A stretch of DNA of 63,373 bases, counting the filler, from Reclinomonas americana ATCC 50394 (lineage: Eukaryota): the NCBI GenBank assembly GCA_048213135.1. It is 5 parts of 4 records of this genome, joined end to end, with 100 filler letters (N's around TTAATTAATTAA, not from the genome) between each part and the next. Parts side by side here need not be neighbours in the genome. Positions count along the whole stretch, not along the records: positions 33,052 to 56,832 come from PS015761.1; positions 56,933 to 63,373 come from PS015762.1; 3 more parts are not named here. One strand, 5' to 3'. The translations under genes were made by a program, and so were the position numbers. Shown here piece after piece: positions 48,860-59,177 of the stretch. Positions within the stretch are counted from its first letter, which is position 1; each line of letters opens with the position of its first letter. The notes beneath the pieces were generated by a model, which was given only the letters and a program-made list of their open reading frames with translations, was not told the DNA's origin and did no database searches.

Positions 48860-49915
48860 TCAGGGCTGCAGGACGACCCGTCCGATCACGCGCCCTGCCT
48901 TGAGATCCGCGAGCGCCGCCGGAGCGGCGGAAAGCGGCCTTTTGTCGAGCGGCGCGGCCGGCAACCCTTTTTCACGCGCCAATGCCACGAACTCGCGCAA
49001 TTCGGCCGGGGAACCGGTGTAGCTGCCCTGGATCGTCAGGACCTTGAGTGGGAAAGTCGGCACGGGAAGGTCAATGGAGCCGCCGAACAGGCCCACGACG
49101 ACCAGTTTTCCTGTTTTGTCGAGCGCGTCGACCGCGAGCTTGGCGGTGCTCCCGCTGCCGACGAGGTCGAGCACGGCCCAGACCGGCCCTCCGACAGCCT
49201 GTCTGATATCCTCGAGGGCGGATTCGCCGGGCGCGATGGCGGCGAGAGCCCCTGCTGCCAGAGCAGCTTCCCGCTTCGCGGCATCGAGTTCGACGACGAC
49301 GACGCCGACCGAGCCGAGCATTCGGGCTACGGCTATGGCGATGAGTCCCAGGCCGCCGGCACCGACGACGACGATGGGGCGGCGCCCTTCCAACGGACCG
49401 AATTTCTTTAGCGCGCTGAAGGTCGTCAGCCCGGAACACACCATGGGAGCGGCTGCGATCGGATCGAGCTGACCCAGGTCGATCAGGTATCGCGGATCGG
49501 GCACATCGACGAATTCAGCGAAGCCGCCGTCGCGATTCACGCCGACGAAGCGTGGGTTGACGCAGAGATTCTCCAGCCCCTGCGCGCATTGCTCGCATTC
49601 GCCGCAACCGATCCAGGAGCAGACTAGGCAGGCGTCGCCAACAGCGACGCCTTCGACATCCGGTCCGACTTCGACGACCTCTCCGGACACCTCGTGTCCC
49701 AGAGTCCGAGGGAATTTGATGCGCTCGGCAAACGAGATCTTCCTGCCGCCGCCGAGATCGTAGTGACCTTCGCAGATGTGCACGTCGCTGTGGCAGACGC
49801 CCGCGGCGATCACCTTCAGGCGAACAGAGCTTCCTGTGACCGGGAGCAGCTCGACTTCGGTCGGTTCGACCGATCCCCCGAACTCATTGATCTGATAGCA
49901 GCGCATGCGGCGCAT
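48860..49915 (-). CDS. Zn-dependent alcohol dehydrogenase
   Basis: GVCHSD, GHE, CGECEQC..C, GAGGLG. Confidence 0.92.
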   Translation of the reverse strand: MRRMRCYQINEFGGSVEPTEVELLPVTGSSVRLKVIAAGVCHSDVHICEGHYDLGGGRKISFAERIKFPRTLGHEVSGEVVEVGPDVEGVAVGDACLVCSWIGCGECEQCAQGLENLCVNPRFVGVNRDGGFAEFVDVPDPRYLIDLGQLDPIAAAPMVCSGLTTFSALKKFGPLEGRRPIVVVGAGGLGLIAIAVARMLGSVGVVVVELDAAKREAALAAGALAAIAPGESALEDIRQAVGGPVWAVLDLVGSGSTAKLAVDALDKTGKLVVVGLFGGSIDLPVPTFPLKVLTIQGSYTGSPAELREFVALAREKGLPAAPLDKRPLSAAPAALADLKAGRVIGRVVLQP

Positions 49916-49969
49916 TTCGAACCTCCCGTCGGCTTGTTTTCTTCAGGGGTAGGTCTCAAAGGTCGACGT

Positions 49970-49990
49970 GTCAATGGTAGGGCCATTGAC
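49970..49990. promoter_or_regulatory. Putative FadR/GntR operator in divergent ADH/SBP promoter
   Basis: GTCAATGGTAGGGCCATTGAC inverted repeat. Confidence 0.7.
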
Positions 49991-50052
49991 TCTTTTAACG
50001 CCTTGGAGAACGTTGAGCCCGCAAAACCAAAAACAAATCTCGGGAGGAATTG

Positions 50053-51273
50053 ATGAGAGGATTTCGTTTTCCGCCGGTCCGGCTCGCCGTCACCGCCATC
50101 GTCGCGTGCGGCTTGTCGATGGCTCAAGGCGCTGAAGCCCAGCCCGCGCCGCCCTTGAAGATCGGCGTGCTGACCGACCAGTCCGGCGCCGCGGCCGACT
50201 TCTCCGGCCGTGGCACGGTCCTGGCGGCGCGCATGGCCATCGAGGATTTCGGAGGGCAGGTTCTGAGCCGCCCCGTTCAACTGCTCGACGCGGACCACCT
50301 CAGCAAGCCCGATCTCGGCGTCGCCACGGCTCGCCGCTGGTATGACGAAGGCGTCGAAGCGATCTTCGACGTCGGGCTGACGAGCATTGCGATCGGCGTT
50401 CAGCAGCTGGCGCGCGACAAGGACAAGATCGTCGTCTTCCTGAGCACAGGCAGCACCGACATGACCGGGAAATACTGCTCGCCCAACGGAATCCACTGGA
50501 CCTACGACACCTATTCCCAAGCAAATGGCGCGTTCCTGGCCTATGGCGGCTCGCCCAAGGACAGCTGGTATTTCCTTACGGTCGACTACGGCTACGGCAT
50601 CAATCTTGAACGCGACATCACCAACCGGATCACCGCCACGGGAGGAAAAGTGCTCGGCACCACCAAGCACTCCTTCGAGGCGACGGATTTCGCCTCCGAT
50701 CTGCTGAAGGCCCAGACCTCGCGGGCATCGGTGGTCGGCCTGACGACCACCACGATGCACTCGGTCAACATGATGAAGCAGGTGGAGGAATTCGGGCTGC
50801 GACAAGGCGGTCAGAGGGTGGCGGCGCCGGCTCTGACCTTCCACGACATCAAGGCGCTTGGCCTTCCCATCGCGCATGATCTGATGATCGTGGAAGCCTT
50901 CTATTGGGACATGAACGACGAGACGCGTGCGTTCGCGAAGCGCTTCTTCGACAAGTTCGGGCGAATGCCCAACATGAATCAGGCCAGCGCTTACGGAGCC
51001 GTCACCCACTACCTGAAGGCGGTCCAATCTGTCGGGAGTGCCGAGACGTCCAAGGTTCTCGCAAGGATGAAGGAAACCCCGGTCAACGACTTCATGACGA
51101 AGAACGCGACGATCCGCGCAGACGGCCGGCTGCTGCGGGACATGTATCTCTTCCGGGTCAAGAAGCCGACGGAATCGAAGGGCGATTGGGACCTTCTGGA
51201 GCTGGTCAAGACCTTGCCGGGCAAGGATATCTTCAAGGCTCCCGATACCGAGGCTTGCAGCCTCGTCCGTTAG
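50053..51273 (+). CDS. ABC substrate-binding protein (Peripla_BP_6)
   Basis: Signal peptide; ADHLSKPDLG, HWTYDT; close paralog of 33243. Confidence 0.9.
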   Translation: MRGFRFPPVRLAVTAIVACGLSMAQGAEAQPAPPLKIGVLTDQSGAAADFSGRGTVLAARMAIEDFGGQVLSRPVQLLDADHLSKPDLGVATARRWYDEGVEAIFDVGLTSIAIGVQQLARDKDKIVVFLSTGSTDMTGKYCSPNGIHWTYDTYSQANGAFLAYGGSPKDSWYFLTVDYGYGINLERDITNRITATGGKVLGTTKHSFEATDFASDLLKAQTSRASVVGLTTTTMHSVNMMKQVEEFGLRQGGQRVAAPALTFHDIKALGLPIAHDLMIVEAFYWDMNDETRAFAKRFFDKFGRMPNMNQASAYGAVTHYLKAVQSVGSAETSKVLARMKETPVNDFMTKNATIRADGRLLRDMYLFRVKKPTESKGDWDLLELVKTLPGKDIFKAPDTEACSLVR

Positions 51274-51342
51274 TCGCCTCGGCCGACAATCTGGAGGCGA
51301 TCACGGGATACGGCGCCTCCATCAGTCCCGGAGAACAATCCA

Positions 51343-52422
51343 ATGCGCGCATGGGCCGTGGTGGAAAACAGGAGGCCGCTGCAATGCATCGCGGTCGAGG
51401 ACCCGGTGCCGGCTGGCACCGAGGTCGTTGTCGAAGTGTCCCATTGCGGCGTCTGTCATTCGGATCTCCATTTCTGGGAAGGCTCGTACGACATGGGCGG
51501 CGGGCAGGTGATGCTGCTCAAGGACCGCGGCGTCACCCTGCCCAGGGCCATCGGCCATGAGATTACCGGGCGGGTCGTCGCCATGGGCCCGGAAGCCACG
51601 GGCGTGAGCCTTGGGGAAAGCCATGTCGTCTATCCGTGGCTCGGCTGCGGGAATTGTGCACGCTGCGCTGCGGGCGACGACAATCTTTGTACCCGTCAGC
51701 GCAGTCTCGGGGTGCTCGCCCATGGCGGCTTTGCCGAGCGAGTGGTCGTCCCGCATCCGCGCTATCTCGTTCCCATTGGAGGACTTGACCCGGCGTGGGC
51801 CGCGACCTTCGCCTGTTCGGGGATCACGGTCTTCTCCGCCATTCGCAAGGTCCGCCCGGCAGATCCGGCCGAACCGATCCTGCTGCTCGGCGCGGGCGGC
51901 TTGGGACTTTCGGCGATCGCCATGCTGAAAGCGCTCGGTCATCAGGCGATTATCAGCGCGGACATCAATCCCGGCGCGCGCAAGGCCGCAGCCGAACTGG
52001 GTGCCTCCCATGTCGTCGACAGCAAGGCGCCGGACGCCGCGGAACAGATCGAGGCGGCGGCCGGCGGAAAGGTGCTGGCCGCCATCGACTTCGTCAATGT
52101 GAGCGAGACGGCCCAGCTTGCCCTCGGCACGCTGGGAAAGGCAGGCCAGCTCGTCTTGGTCGGAGTCGGCGGCGGTCAGATCCCCATTTCCCTAGCGGGC
52201 ATGGTGTTTCAGGCCAGGACCATTTCCGGCAACAACACCGGATCACCTCAGGATCTTCGCGATGTCGTCGCGCTCGCCGCAGCGGGGCGACTTCCGCGCA
52301 TCCCGTTGCAGCGGATGGCACGGGACCGGGCCAACGAGGCTTTAGAGCTTCTCCATGCGAACAAGGTCTTCGGTCGGATCGTGCTCGTCTCGGACGTCGG
52401 CAGCAGTGAGAAAGCATCATGA
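51343..52422 (+). CDS. Zn-dependent alcohol dehydrogenase
   Basis: GVCHSD, GHE, CGNCARC..C, GAGGLG. Confidence 0.92.
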   Translation: MRAWAVVENRRPLQCIAVEDPVPAGTEVVVEVSHCGVCHSDLHFWEGSYDMGGGQVMLLKDRGVTLPRAIGHEITGRVVAMGPEATGVSLGESHVVYPWLGCGNCARCAAGDDNLCTRQRSLGVLAHGGFAERVVVPHPRYLVPIGGLDPAWAATFACSGITVFSAIRKVRPADPAEPILLLGAGGLGLSAIAMLKALGHQAIISADINPGARKAAAELGASHVVDSKAPDAAEQIEAAAGGKVLAAIDFVNVSETAQLALGTLGKAGQLVLVGVGGGQIPISLAGMVFQARTISGNNTGSPQDLRDVVALAAAGRLPRIPLQRMARDRANEALELLHANKVFGRIVLVSDVGSSEKAS

Positions 52423-53876
52423 ACACATCGGCGCAGCCCTTCACCACCGCCTATCGGGATGTGGATCTGCTTGTCGCAGGCTCTCGCCGATCCGGAGCCG
52501 ATCGGATTCCGATCATCGACCCGTCCACTGAGCAGACTCTTGGATCGGTGGCAAAAGCCTCCATGTCCGACCTCGACGAGGCGCTGGCCGCCGCCGAAGC
52601 CGGCTTTCGATTCTGGAAGCGAATAGAGCCACAAAAGAGAGCGGAGGTGCTGACCCGAGCAGCCGCTCTGCTGCGTGAGCGCATCGAGGAAATCGCTGTC
52701 AATCTGACACGTGAGCAAGGAAAGCCCCTCGCCCAATCGCGATTGGAGATCGCGCTATGTGCCGAGACCTTCGAGTGGTTCGCCGGCGAGGCCCTGAGAA
52801 ATTACGGTCGCATTCTCCCGGCGCGCGTCGCCGGCGCTCGCCAGATGGTGGTGCCCGAGCCGATCGGCCCTGTCGTTGCGCTGACGCCGTGGAATTTCCC
52901 GGCACTGTTGGCCGCCCGCAAGATCGCGCCGGCGATAGCCGCAGGATGCAGCGTCATTCTCAAGCCGGCCGAGGAGACGCCCTCTTGCGCCTTCGCGCTT
53001 GGACAAGCTCTGCTCGACGCTGGTCTCCCGAAGGAAGTCCTCGGCATCGTGTTCGGCGATCCGGGGGAAATATCGTCCTACCTCATCGAATCGGCAGTGA
53101 TCCGCAAGATCACCTTCACCGGATCCGTGCCGGTCGGAAAGATTTTGGCGGCACAGGCCGGCCGTCATGCCAAGCCCTGCACCCTCGAACTCGGAGGGCA
53201 TGCGCCGGTCATCGTGGCCGAGGACGCTGACGTGGCGGCTGCCGCCGCGATCTCGGCGGTCGGAAAGACGCGTAATGCCGGGCAAGTCTGTACCTCGCCG
53301 ACACGATTTTATGTGCAGCGGAGAATTCGAGACGAGTTCGTCGAGCGTTTTGCGGCCAATCTCGCACGCATCAAGACCGGCGACGGTCTCGATGTCTCTT
53401 CGGATATGGGAGCGTTGGCGAACGAACGGCGACTCGCGGCAATGCAGGACTTGGTAGCCGATGCACGCTCGCGCGGTGCGGAGGTCGTGACCGGCGGGAA
53501 CAGGATCGGCAATCGCGGCTATTTCTTCGAGCCGACCTTGCTGACGGCCGTCCCCGGCGACGCGCTTGCGATGCAGACCGAACCGTTCGGCCCCATCGCG
53601 ATCCTTTCGACGTTCGATGATCTTGATGAAGCCGCCGCTCTTGCGAATGCAAGCCCGGTGGGCTTGGCCGGCTACGCTTTCACCCGTTCGGCCAGCACCG
53701 CAGTTCGTCTTCAGGAGGACCTCGAGGTTGGCATGGTGGGGATCAATTCCTTTGCTGTCTCGCAGACAGAGGCGCCGTTTGGCGGCGTCAAGGACAGCGG
53801 CTACGGCTACGAAGGCGGCTTGGAAGGGTTCGCTGGGTACGTTCACCAGAAATACGTCAACCACGTCGGTGCCTGA
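52419..53876 (+). CDS. NAD-dependent succinate-semialdehyde dehydrogenase-like ALDH
   Basis: TPWNFP, FTGS, LELGGHAP, RNAGQVC, EPFGP, PFGGVKDSG. Confidence 0.92.
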   Translation: MNTSAQPFTTAYRDVDLLVAGSRRSGADRIPIIDPSTEQTLGSVAKASMSDLDEALAAAEAGFRFWKRIEPQKRAEVLTRAAALLRERIEEIAVNLTREQGKPLAQSRLEIALCAETFEWFAGEALRNYGRILPARVAGARQMVVPEPIGPVVALTPWNFPALLAARKIAPAIAAGCSVILKPAEETPSCAFALGQALLDAGLPKEVLGIVFGDPGEISSYLIESAVIRKITFTGSVPVGKILAAQAGRHAKPCTLELGGHAPVIVAEDADVAAAAAISAVGKTRNAGQVCTSPTRFYVQRRIRDEFVERFAANLARIKTGDGLDVSSDMGALANERRLAAMQDLVADARSRGAEVVTGGNRIGNRGYFFEPTLLTAVPGDALAMQTEPFGPIAILSTFDDLDEAAALANASPVGLAGYAFTRSASTAVRLQEDLEVGMVGINSFAVSQTEAPFGGVKDSGYGYEGGLEGFAGYVHQKYVNHVGA

Positions 53877-53909
53877 AGGCCCTTCGCTTCCGACATCTGC
53901 TTTGGAAAA

Positions 53910-54662
53910 ATGACGATGAAGATCTTGGTGCCCGTAAAGCGGGTCGTCGACTACAACGTGAAGATCCGCGTGAAGGCGGACGGTTCGGGCGTCGAGCTCG
54001 CCAATGTGAAAATGTCGATGAACCCCTTCGACGAGATCGCGGTCGAAGAGGCGCTCCGCCTGAAGGAAGCGGGCAAGGCGACCGAAGTGGTCGTGGTCTC
54101 GATCGGCCCGGCCCAGGCCGCCGAGACGATCCGCACGGGCCTCGCCATGGGCGCTGACCGCGGCATCCTCGTGAAAGTTGACGGCACGACCGAGCCGCTG
54201 GCCGTCGCCAAGCTGCTCAAGAAGGTCGTCGAGCAGGAGGCACCCGGCCTCGTCATCCTCGGCAAGCAGGCCATCGACGACGACTGCAACCAGACCGGCC
54301 AGATGCTCGCCGCCCTTCTCGGCTGGCCGCAGGGCACTTTCGCTTCCAAGGTCGCCGTCGGTGACGGCTCTGTCGACGTCACCCGCGAGGTCGATGGCGG
54401 CCTGCAGACGGTCGCGCTGAAGCTACCGGCGATCGTCACCACCGATCTGCGCCTCAACGAGCCGCGCTACGCCTCGCTGCCCAACATCATGAAGGCGAAG
54501 AAGAAGCCCCTCGACGAGACCACGGCCGAGACGCTCGGCGTCGATGTCACCCCGCGCCTCAAGGTGCTGAAGACGGCCGAGCCCGCCGGCCGCTCCGCCG
54601 GCGTCAAGGTGGCCAGCGCCGCCGAACTCGTCTCCAAGCTCAAGACCGCCGGGGTGATCTGA
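53910..54662 (+). CDS. etfB: Electron transfer flavoprotein beta subunit
   Basis: [50 protein letters not shown]. Confidence 0.95.
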   Translation: MTMKILVPVKRVVDYNVKIRVKADGSGVELANVKMSMNPFDEIAVEEALRLKEAGKATEVVVVSIGPAQAAETIRTGLAMGADRGILVKVDGTTEPLAVAKLLKKVVEQEAPGLVILGKQAIDDDCNQTGQMLAALLGWPQGTFASKVAVGDGSVDVTREVDGGLQTVALKLPAIVTTDLRLNEPRYASLPNIMKAKKKPLDETTAETLGVDVTPRLKVLKTAEPAGRSAGVKVASAAELVSKLKTAGVI

Positions 54663-55594
54663 TGACCACGCTCCTGATCGCCGAACACGACAACGCCTCC
54701 GTCAAGGACGCCACCGCCAAGGCCCTGACCGCAGCGCAGGCGCTGGGCGCCCCCGTCCACATCCTGGTCGCGGGCCAGGGTGCCAAGGCTGCCGCCGATG
54801 CCGCCGCCAAGCTCGCCGGCGTCGAGAAGGTGCTGCTGGCGGATGACGCCGCTTACGGCCATGCGCTGGCCGAGCCGCTCGCGGCGCTGATCGTCAAGCT
54901 CGCGGACGGCTACGACGCCGTCGTCGCGCCCTCCACCACCACGGGCAAGAATGTCCTGCCGCGCGTCGCCGCCCTGCTCGACGTGATGCAGGTCTCGGAC
55001 GTCACCAAGGTCGTCTCGCCCGACACCTTCGAGCGCCCGGTCTATGCCGGCAACGCCATCCAGACCGTGCAGTCCGGCGACGCCAAGAAACTGCTCACCA
55101 TCCGCACGGCCTCCTTCCAGGCTGTCGGCGAAGGCGGCTCGGCCTCGGTCGAGAGCATCTCTGCCGCCGAGAATCCCGGCTCCTCCAGCTTCAAGGGCGA
55201 GGAGGTCGCGAAGTCCGATCGGCCGGAGCTGGCCTCGGCCAAGATCATCATCTCGGGCGGTCGCGCGCTGGCCTCGGCCGAGAACTTCACCAAGGTGATC
55301 GAGCCCGTCGCCGACAAGCTCGGCGCCGCGATGGGCGCCTCGCGCGCCGCGGTCGACGCCGGCTACGCCCCGAACGACTGGCAGGTCGGCCAGACCGGCA
55401 AGGTGGTCGCTCCGGAGCTTTACATTGCGGTCGGCATCTCGGGTGCGATCCAGCACCTCGCCGGCATGAAGGACTCGAAGGTCATCGTCGCGATCAACAA
55501 GGACGAGGAAGCGCCGATCTTCCAGGTCGCCGATTACGGCCTCGTCGGCGACCTCTTCTCGGCCCTGCCGGAGTTCACGAGAGAACTCGGATAA
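54662..55594 (+). CDS. etfA: Electron transfer flavoprotein alpha subunit
   Basis: [39 protein letters not shown]. Confidence 0.95.
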   Translation: MTTLLIAEHDNASVKDATAKALTAAQALGAPVHILVAGQGAKAAADAAAKLAGVEKVLLADDAAYGHALAEPLAALIVKLADGYDAVVAPSTTTGKNVLPRVAALLDVMQVSDVTKVVSPDTFERPVYAGNAIQTVQSGDAKKLLTIRTASFQAVGEGGSASVESISAAENPGSSSFKGEEVAKSDRPELASAKIIISGGRALASAENFTKVIEPVADKLGAAMGASRAAVDAGYAPNDWQVGQTGKVVAPELYIAVGISGAIQHLAGMKDSKVIVAINKDEEAPIFQVADYGLVGDLFSALPEFTRELG

Positions 55595-55599
55595 CCTCC

Positions 55600-55956
55600 A
55601 TGTTGGATTTTTCAAACGATGCGACCGGCGACGCTCGTAGCTCGGTATATCAATCTCATGCTTCAGCAAAACATGTTCTGACCTCGGTTGAGGGAGGCAG
55701 AGATCTCCTCGAAAATTACACCGATTTTGCGCGACGCTTGTCGACTCTGAGCCTCTCGCAGCTAGAAGTACTCTCGCTTACTGCTCACGGGTATCTGAAC
55801 AAGGAAATTGCGTGGAGACGAGGCGTCGCTGAATCTACAATCAAGACTTACGTTACCGTCATACTTAAGAAATTGGGACTAAAATCCCGAACGCAAGCCG
55901 CAGTACAGTTCGCAATCTTCTGCGAACGCACTTGCAATGATGATCGGGCGCCTTGA
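55600..55956 (+). CDS. Stand-alone LuxR-type HTH protein
   Basis: [52 protein letters not shown]; no receiver domain. Confidence 0.8.
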   Translation: MLDFSNDATGDARSSVYQSHASAKHVLTSVEGGRDLLENYTDFARRLSTLSLSQLEVLSLTAHGYLNKEIAWRRGVAESTIKTYVTVILKKLGLKSRTQAAVQFAIFCERTCNDDRAP

Positions 55957-56105
55957 GGCTCGAATTGTTTGTGACAGTCCAATCTGTTGACCAATGGCTC
56001 ACTTTTTGACGGGCCGCAGCGCTACCAGGCAGCTTCTGGCCGGCACCGCGGCACTGCCCTGACGAACCATCTGGCAACGCCGATCAACGGAAGTGGAACC
56101 GGACC

Positions 56106-57199
56106 ATGACGGCGCAGGAGCAGGAGATCATCTGCGAGATCCGCGGCGCGGCCGGTATCGTGGTGCTCAACCGGCCCAAGGCGCTGAACGCGCTCAGCCT
56201 CGGCATGGTCCGCGAGCTCGCCCGCGCGCTCGACGCCTGGGAGGACGATCCGCAGGTCGAGCGCGTCGTCGTCATCAGCACGAGCGAGAAGGCGTTCTCC
56301 GCCGGTGGCGACATCCGCTGGCTGCACGATTCCGGCAAGGCCGGGCGCCATGTCGACATGCTCGCCTTCTGGGGCGAGGAATACATCCTCAACCACCGCA
56401 TCAAGACCTACCCGAAGCCCTATGTCTCCCTGATCGACGGCATCGTCATGGGCGGCGGCGTCGGCATCTCGCTGCATGGCAGCCATCGCATCGCCGGCGA
56501 CCGCTATCTCTTCGCCATGCCCGAGGTCGGCATCGGCTTCTTCCCCGATGTCGGCGCGACCTATGCGCTGCCGCGCCTGCCGAATGCGCTCGGCCGCTTC
56601 CTGGCTCTCACCGGCGAGCGAATCGGTGCGGCCGATGCCGTTTCGGTCGGCCTCGCCACCCATGCCGTCGCGAGCGAGCGCATGGCGGAACTCGCCAATG
56701 CGCTGACCAATCGGGGTGGGCTGGACGACATTCTCGCCCCCTTCGCGATCTATCGCGGCCCCGGCCCGCTGCAGGCCGAGCGCGCCGTCATCGCCGAGGC
56801 CTTCGGCGCGCCGACCCTGCCCGAGCTGCTCCNNNNNNNNNNNNNNNNNNNNNNNNNNNNNNNNNNNNNNNNNNNNTTAATTAATTAANNNNNNNNNNNN
56901 NNNNNNNNNNNNNNNNNNNNNNNNNNNNNNNNGTCAAATCGCCGACCAGCGTCGCCATCGTCTTCGAGCAGATGCGCCGCGGCGCCGATCTCGACTTCGC
57001 CGAGGCGATGCGCACCGAATTCCGCCTCGTCTCGCGCATCGCCCATGGCCATGATTTCTATGAAGGCGTGCGCGCCGTCGTGATCGACAAGGACCAAGCA
57101 CCGCGCTGGCAACCGCCGACGCTGGAAGAAATCAAACGAGCGGATATCGAAGCTTACTTTTCGCCGCTCGGGGCCGCCGAGCTAAAGCTGGAGGTCTAG
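56106..57199 (+). CDS. 3-hydroxyisobutyryl-CoA hydrolase-like crotonase, interrupted by a scaffold spacer
   Basis: LNRPKALNAL, FSAGGDI, EEYILN, GIVMGGG, MPEVGIGFFPDVG before the spacer; SPTS..DFYEGVRAVVIDKDQAPRW after it. Confidence 0.9.
56833..56932. other. Artificial scaffold spacer
   Basis: TTAATTAATTAA at 56877-56888. Confidence 0.97.
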
Positions 57200-57381
57200 A
57201 CGCGGGCGTGCCTATAATCCGTATCGGTCTGCTCGATCGCACCAACTTTGCCCCTGCACTCAATTTGACCTGCTTGGACGAGATGGCCCGCTCGCGACCA
57301 TCCGTGCGCGTGCAGTTCCGGCATTGAACCAGCCCTCTGAGCAACCCGCGCTCTCCTGCTAATTCATCGACCGTCGCCACC

Positions 57382-57978
57382 TCACCAACGCCGGCGTAAC
57401 GCATCAAGAACGCTTAGATGCTTCGCACAGCCGCGGCATTCGAGACACGGCTCGTTTGATAAGAAGCAGGAGTGCGTCCAACCGAGAACATCCGCCGGCA
57501 CGCCAGAGACCTCCACAAGTTCCGATGCGGAAAGGTGCGCTGCCGGCGCGTCCACACCAATGCCGCCTTCCTGAAGTTTCATCAACGCGCTGATGGCCTG
57601 CCGGAATTCGGGGCTGCCATCGCCATTGATCTGATCCTCCCGCACGGAGCCTATCCAAATTGTGTCGATACCAGGATAACGCAGCGCGACAGCGGCCGCG
57701 AAAGTGAGCAGTAACTGGTTTCGATAGGGCCACCATTCAGGTGTTGGTGCCCCGGGCAGAGCTGGCGTTCCCAAGAGGGTACCCGATCCGAGCGATGACA
57801 GGTCGATCTGCACAGTCTCCAGAGGAATGCCGAGCTCTTGTGAGACCATCCTGGCGGCTTGGCGCTCGGCGGTTGCCGGCCGCTGCCCATAGTCAACGTT
57901 GATGACCAGGGCAGGGCGTTTCCACCACGCGAGCGCAGCCGAATCCATTCCGCCTGACAGGAGCAAAGCTCGAGTCAT
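57382..57978 (-). CDS. QueC-like PP-loop ATPase (7-cyano-7-deazaguanine synthase family)
   Basis: LLLSGGMDS PP-loop, VDYGQ, WWPYRNQLL, THSC..EPCLECRGC Zn site; start overlaps the upstream stop (TGATG). Confidence 0.88.
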   Translation of the reverse strand: MTRALLLSGGMDSAALAWWKRPALVINVDYGQRPATAERQAARMVSQELGIPLETVQIDLSSLGSGTLLGTPALPGAPTPEWWPYRNQLLLTFAAAVALRYPGIDTIWIGSVREDQINGDGSPEFRQAISALMKLQEGGIGVDAPAAHLSASELVEVSGVPADVLGWTHSCFLSNEPCLECRGCAKHLSVLDALRRRW

Positions 57979-59174
57979 CAAAGCCTCCAGGCAGTATGGT
58001 AGATCGCTGTGGCGAAGTCTGGGATCAGGCAGCAGCCGGATCCTGTGATCATCTTCGAGTCCTCGGGCCCGACCAGTTCGCCATACCCGTAAACCGGAAT
58101 ACCCATTTTCCGCGCGTATCCGACCTCGAACATCGTGCCGGAATCGTAACCATCCAATATTGCGAATACACGATCACAGGTCTCAAGCCCCTTGAGATCG
58201 GCGGGTGCGACGAAATCCGCTGGCCCTCTGCCGACCTCGTGCACTGGCGAGAACACTTCGAGGCCCAGTTGCAGGAACTGCTCCCTGGCCTCTTCGACCA
58301 ACCAGCGCTGCGCCATAGTGAAGAAGGGGCCAGCCAGATAGACCTTCCCTGGCAAGACCGTGACAGCCTGCCTGGTGAGGTCTTCGGCATCGTCCAGCGA
58401 GAGTCGGTCGCTCCGAGTCTCGACATAATGACTAACGGCACGAGATGCCTTCTCGGCTGCACCGAACGGCGAATCGCCGCACTCTCCCCAGAGGTAGGCG
58501 AATGCTGCTGCGAACATATCCCCGGAGCCGATCCCGAACATCGCTTTGGTCCTGAACGCGGGAACCGACCGCACTTGGTCAACATCCTTTTGGAAGACCA
58601 GTGCTCCCCTTGGGCCAGACTTGACGATTACGACATCGGCCGAATTCTCTGCCAGCAGAAGCGCCCCAGCCTCTTCGGCAGTCGATGAGCCCGTCGTTTT
58701 CAAGGCCTCGCCAGCATTCATCAAGATGGCGAGCCGCCCGATAGCCACGCAGCCAGACTTCGAGTAGGGAACCGGCATTTGGCCGTCCTGCGGGTCGTAG
58801 ATAACGGTCTGCGCCCTTATCGAGGAGTCGCCTTCATACAACCCGAAGACGAGAGCCGTTTCGCTGGCTGCGTCAACGTGGATACGACCCGCCCGCTCGA
58901 ACGTTCCTCTCGGAGGATCAGTCTGCGAGGAAGCTAGGGGATGAATGTAGCCGAAGCTTACGTCGACAGGGGACCTGACAAGGTCCAGCTGGAAGCCGCC
59001 GAGGACTGCCATACGACGTGCCTCGCCCAGCCGCGCGTCGCTTACGAACGTATGCAACGTCACATCGGTCAGCGCGGCCAGTGCGGTGGCTGCTCGACCG
59101 CCGGATCCGTAGAATTGCTTGATCTCGGGCGAGATACAAATCTCGCGATAGCTGCCCCCGACGACATGAAGCAT
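57978..59174 (-). CDS. PfkB-family kinase fused to nucleoside 2-deoxyribosyltransferase (NDT) domain
   Basis: VIVKSGPRGALV and GIGSGDMFAAAF (PfkB anion hole); C-terminal KVYLAGPFFT..VFSP..DRVFAILDGYDSGTMFEVGYA (NDT catalytic Glu motif). Confidence 0.85.
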   Translation of the reverse strand: MLHVVGGSYREICISPEIKQFYGSGGRAATALAALTDVTLHTFVSDARLGEARRMAVLGGFQLDLVRSPVDVSFGYIHPLASSQTDPPRGTFERAGRIHVDAASETALVFGLYEGDSSIRAQTVIYDPQDGQMPVPYSKSGCVAIGRLAILMNAGEALKTTGSSTAEEAGALLLAENSADVVIVKSGPRGALVFQKDVDQVRSVPAFRTKAMFGIGSGDMFAAAFAYLWGECGDSPFGAAEKASRAVSHYVETRSDRLSLDDAEDLTRQAVTVLPGKVYLAGPFFTMAQRWLVEEAREQFLQLGLEVFSPVHEVGRGPADFVAPADLKGLETCDRVFAILDGYDSGTMFEVGYARKMGIPVYGYGELVGPEDSKMITGSGCCLIPDFATAIYHTAWRL

Positions 59175-59177
59175 TAG

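Noticed and set aside
26628..55669. Long antisense ORFs (e.g. 37931-39166, 47370-48482, 54467-55669)
   Set aside because: Shadow frames of well-supported high-GC genes on the opposite strand.
57382..57978. Housekeeping queC of queuosine biosynthesis
   Set aside because: Short and divergent (WWPYRN), with no queD/E/F neighbours; embedded in a glycosylase/NDT operon, so no gene symbol was assigned.
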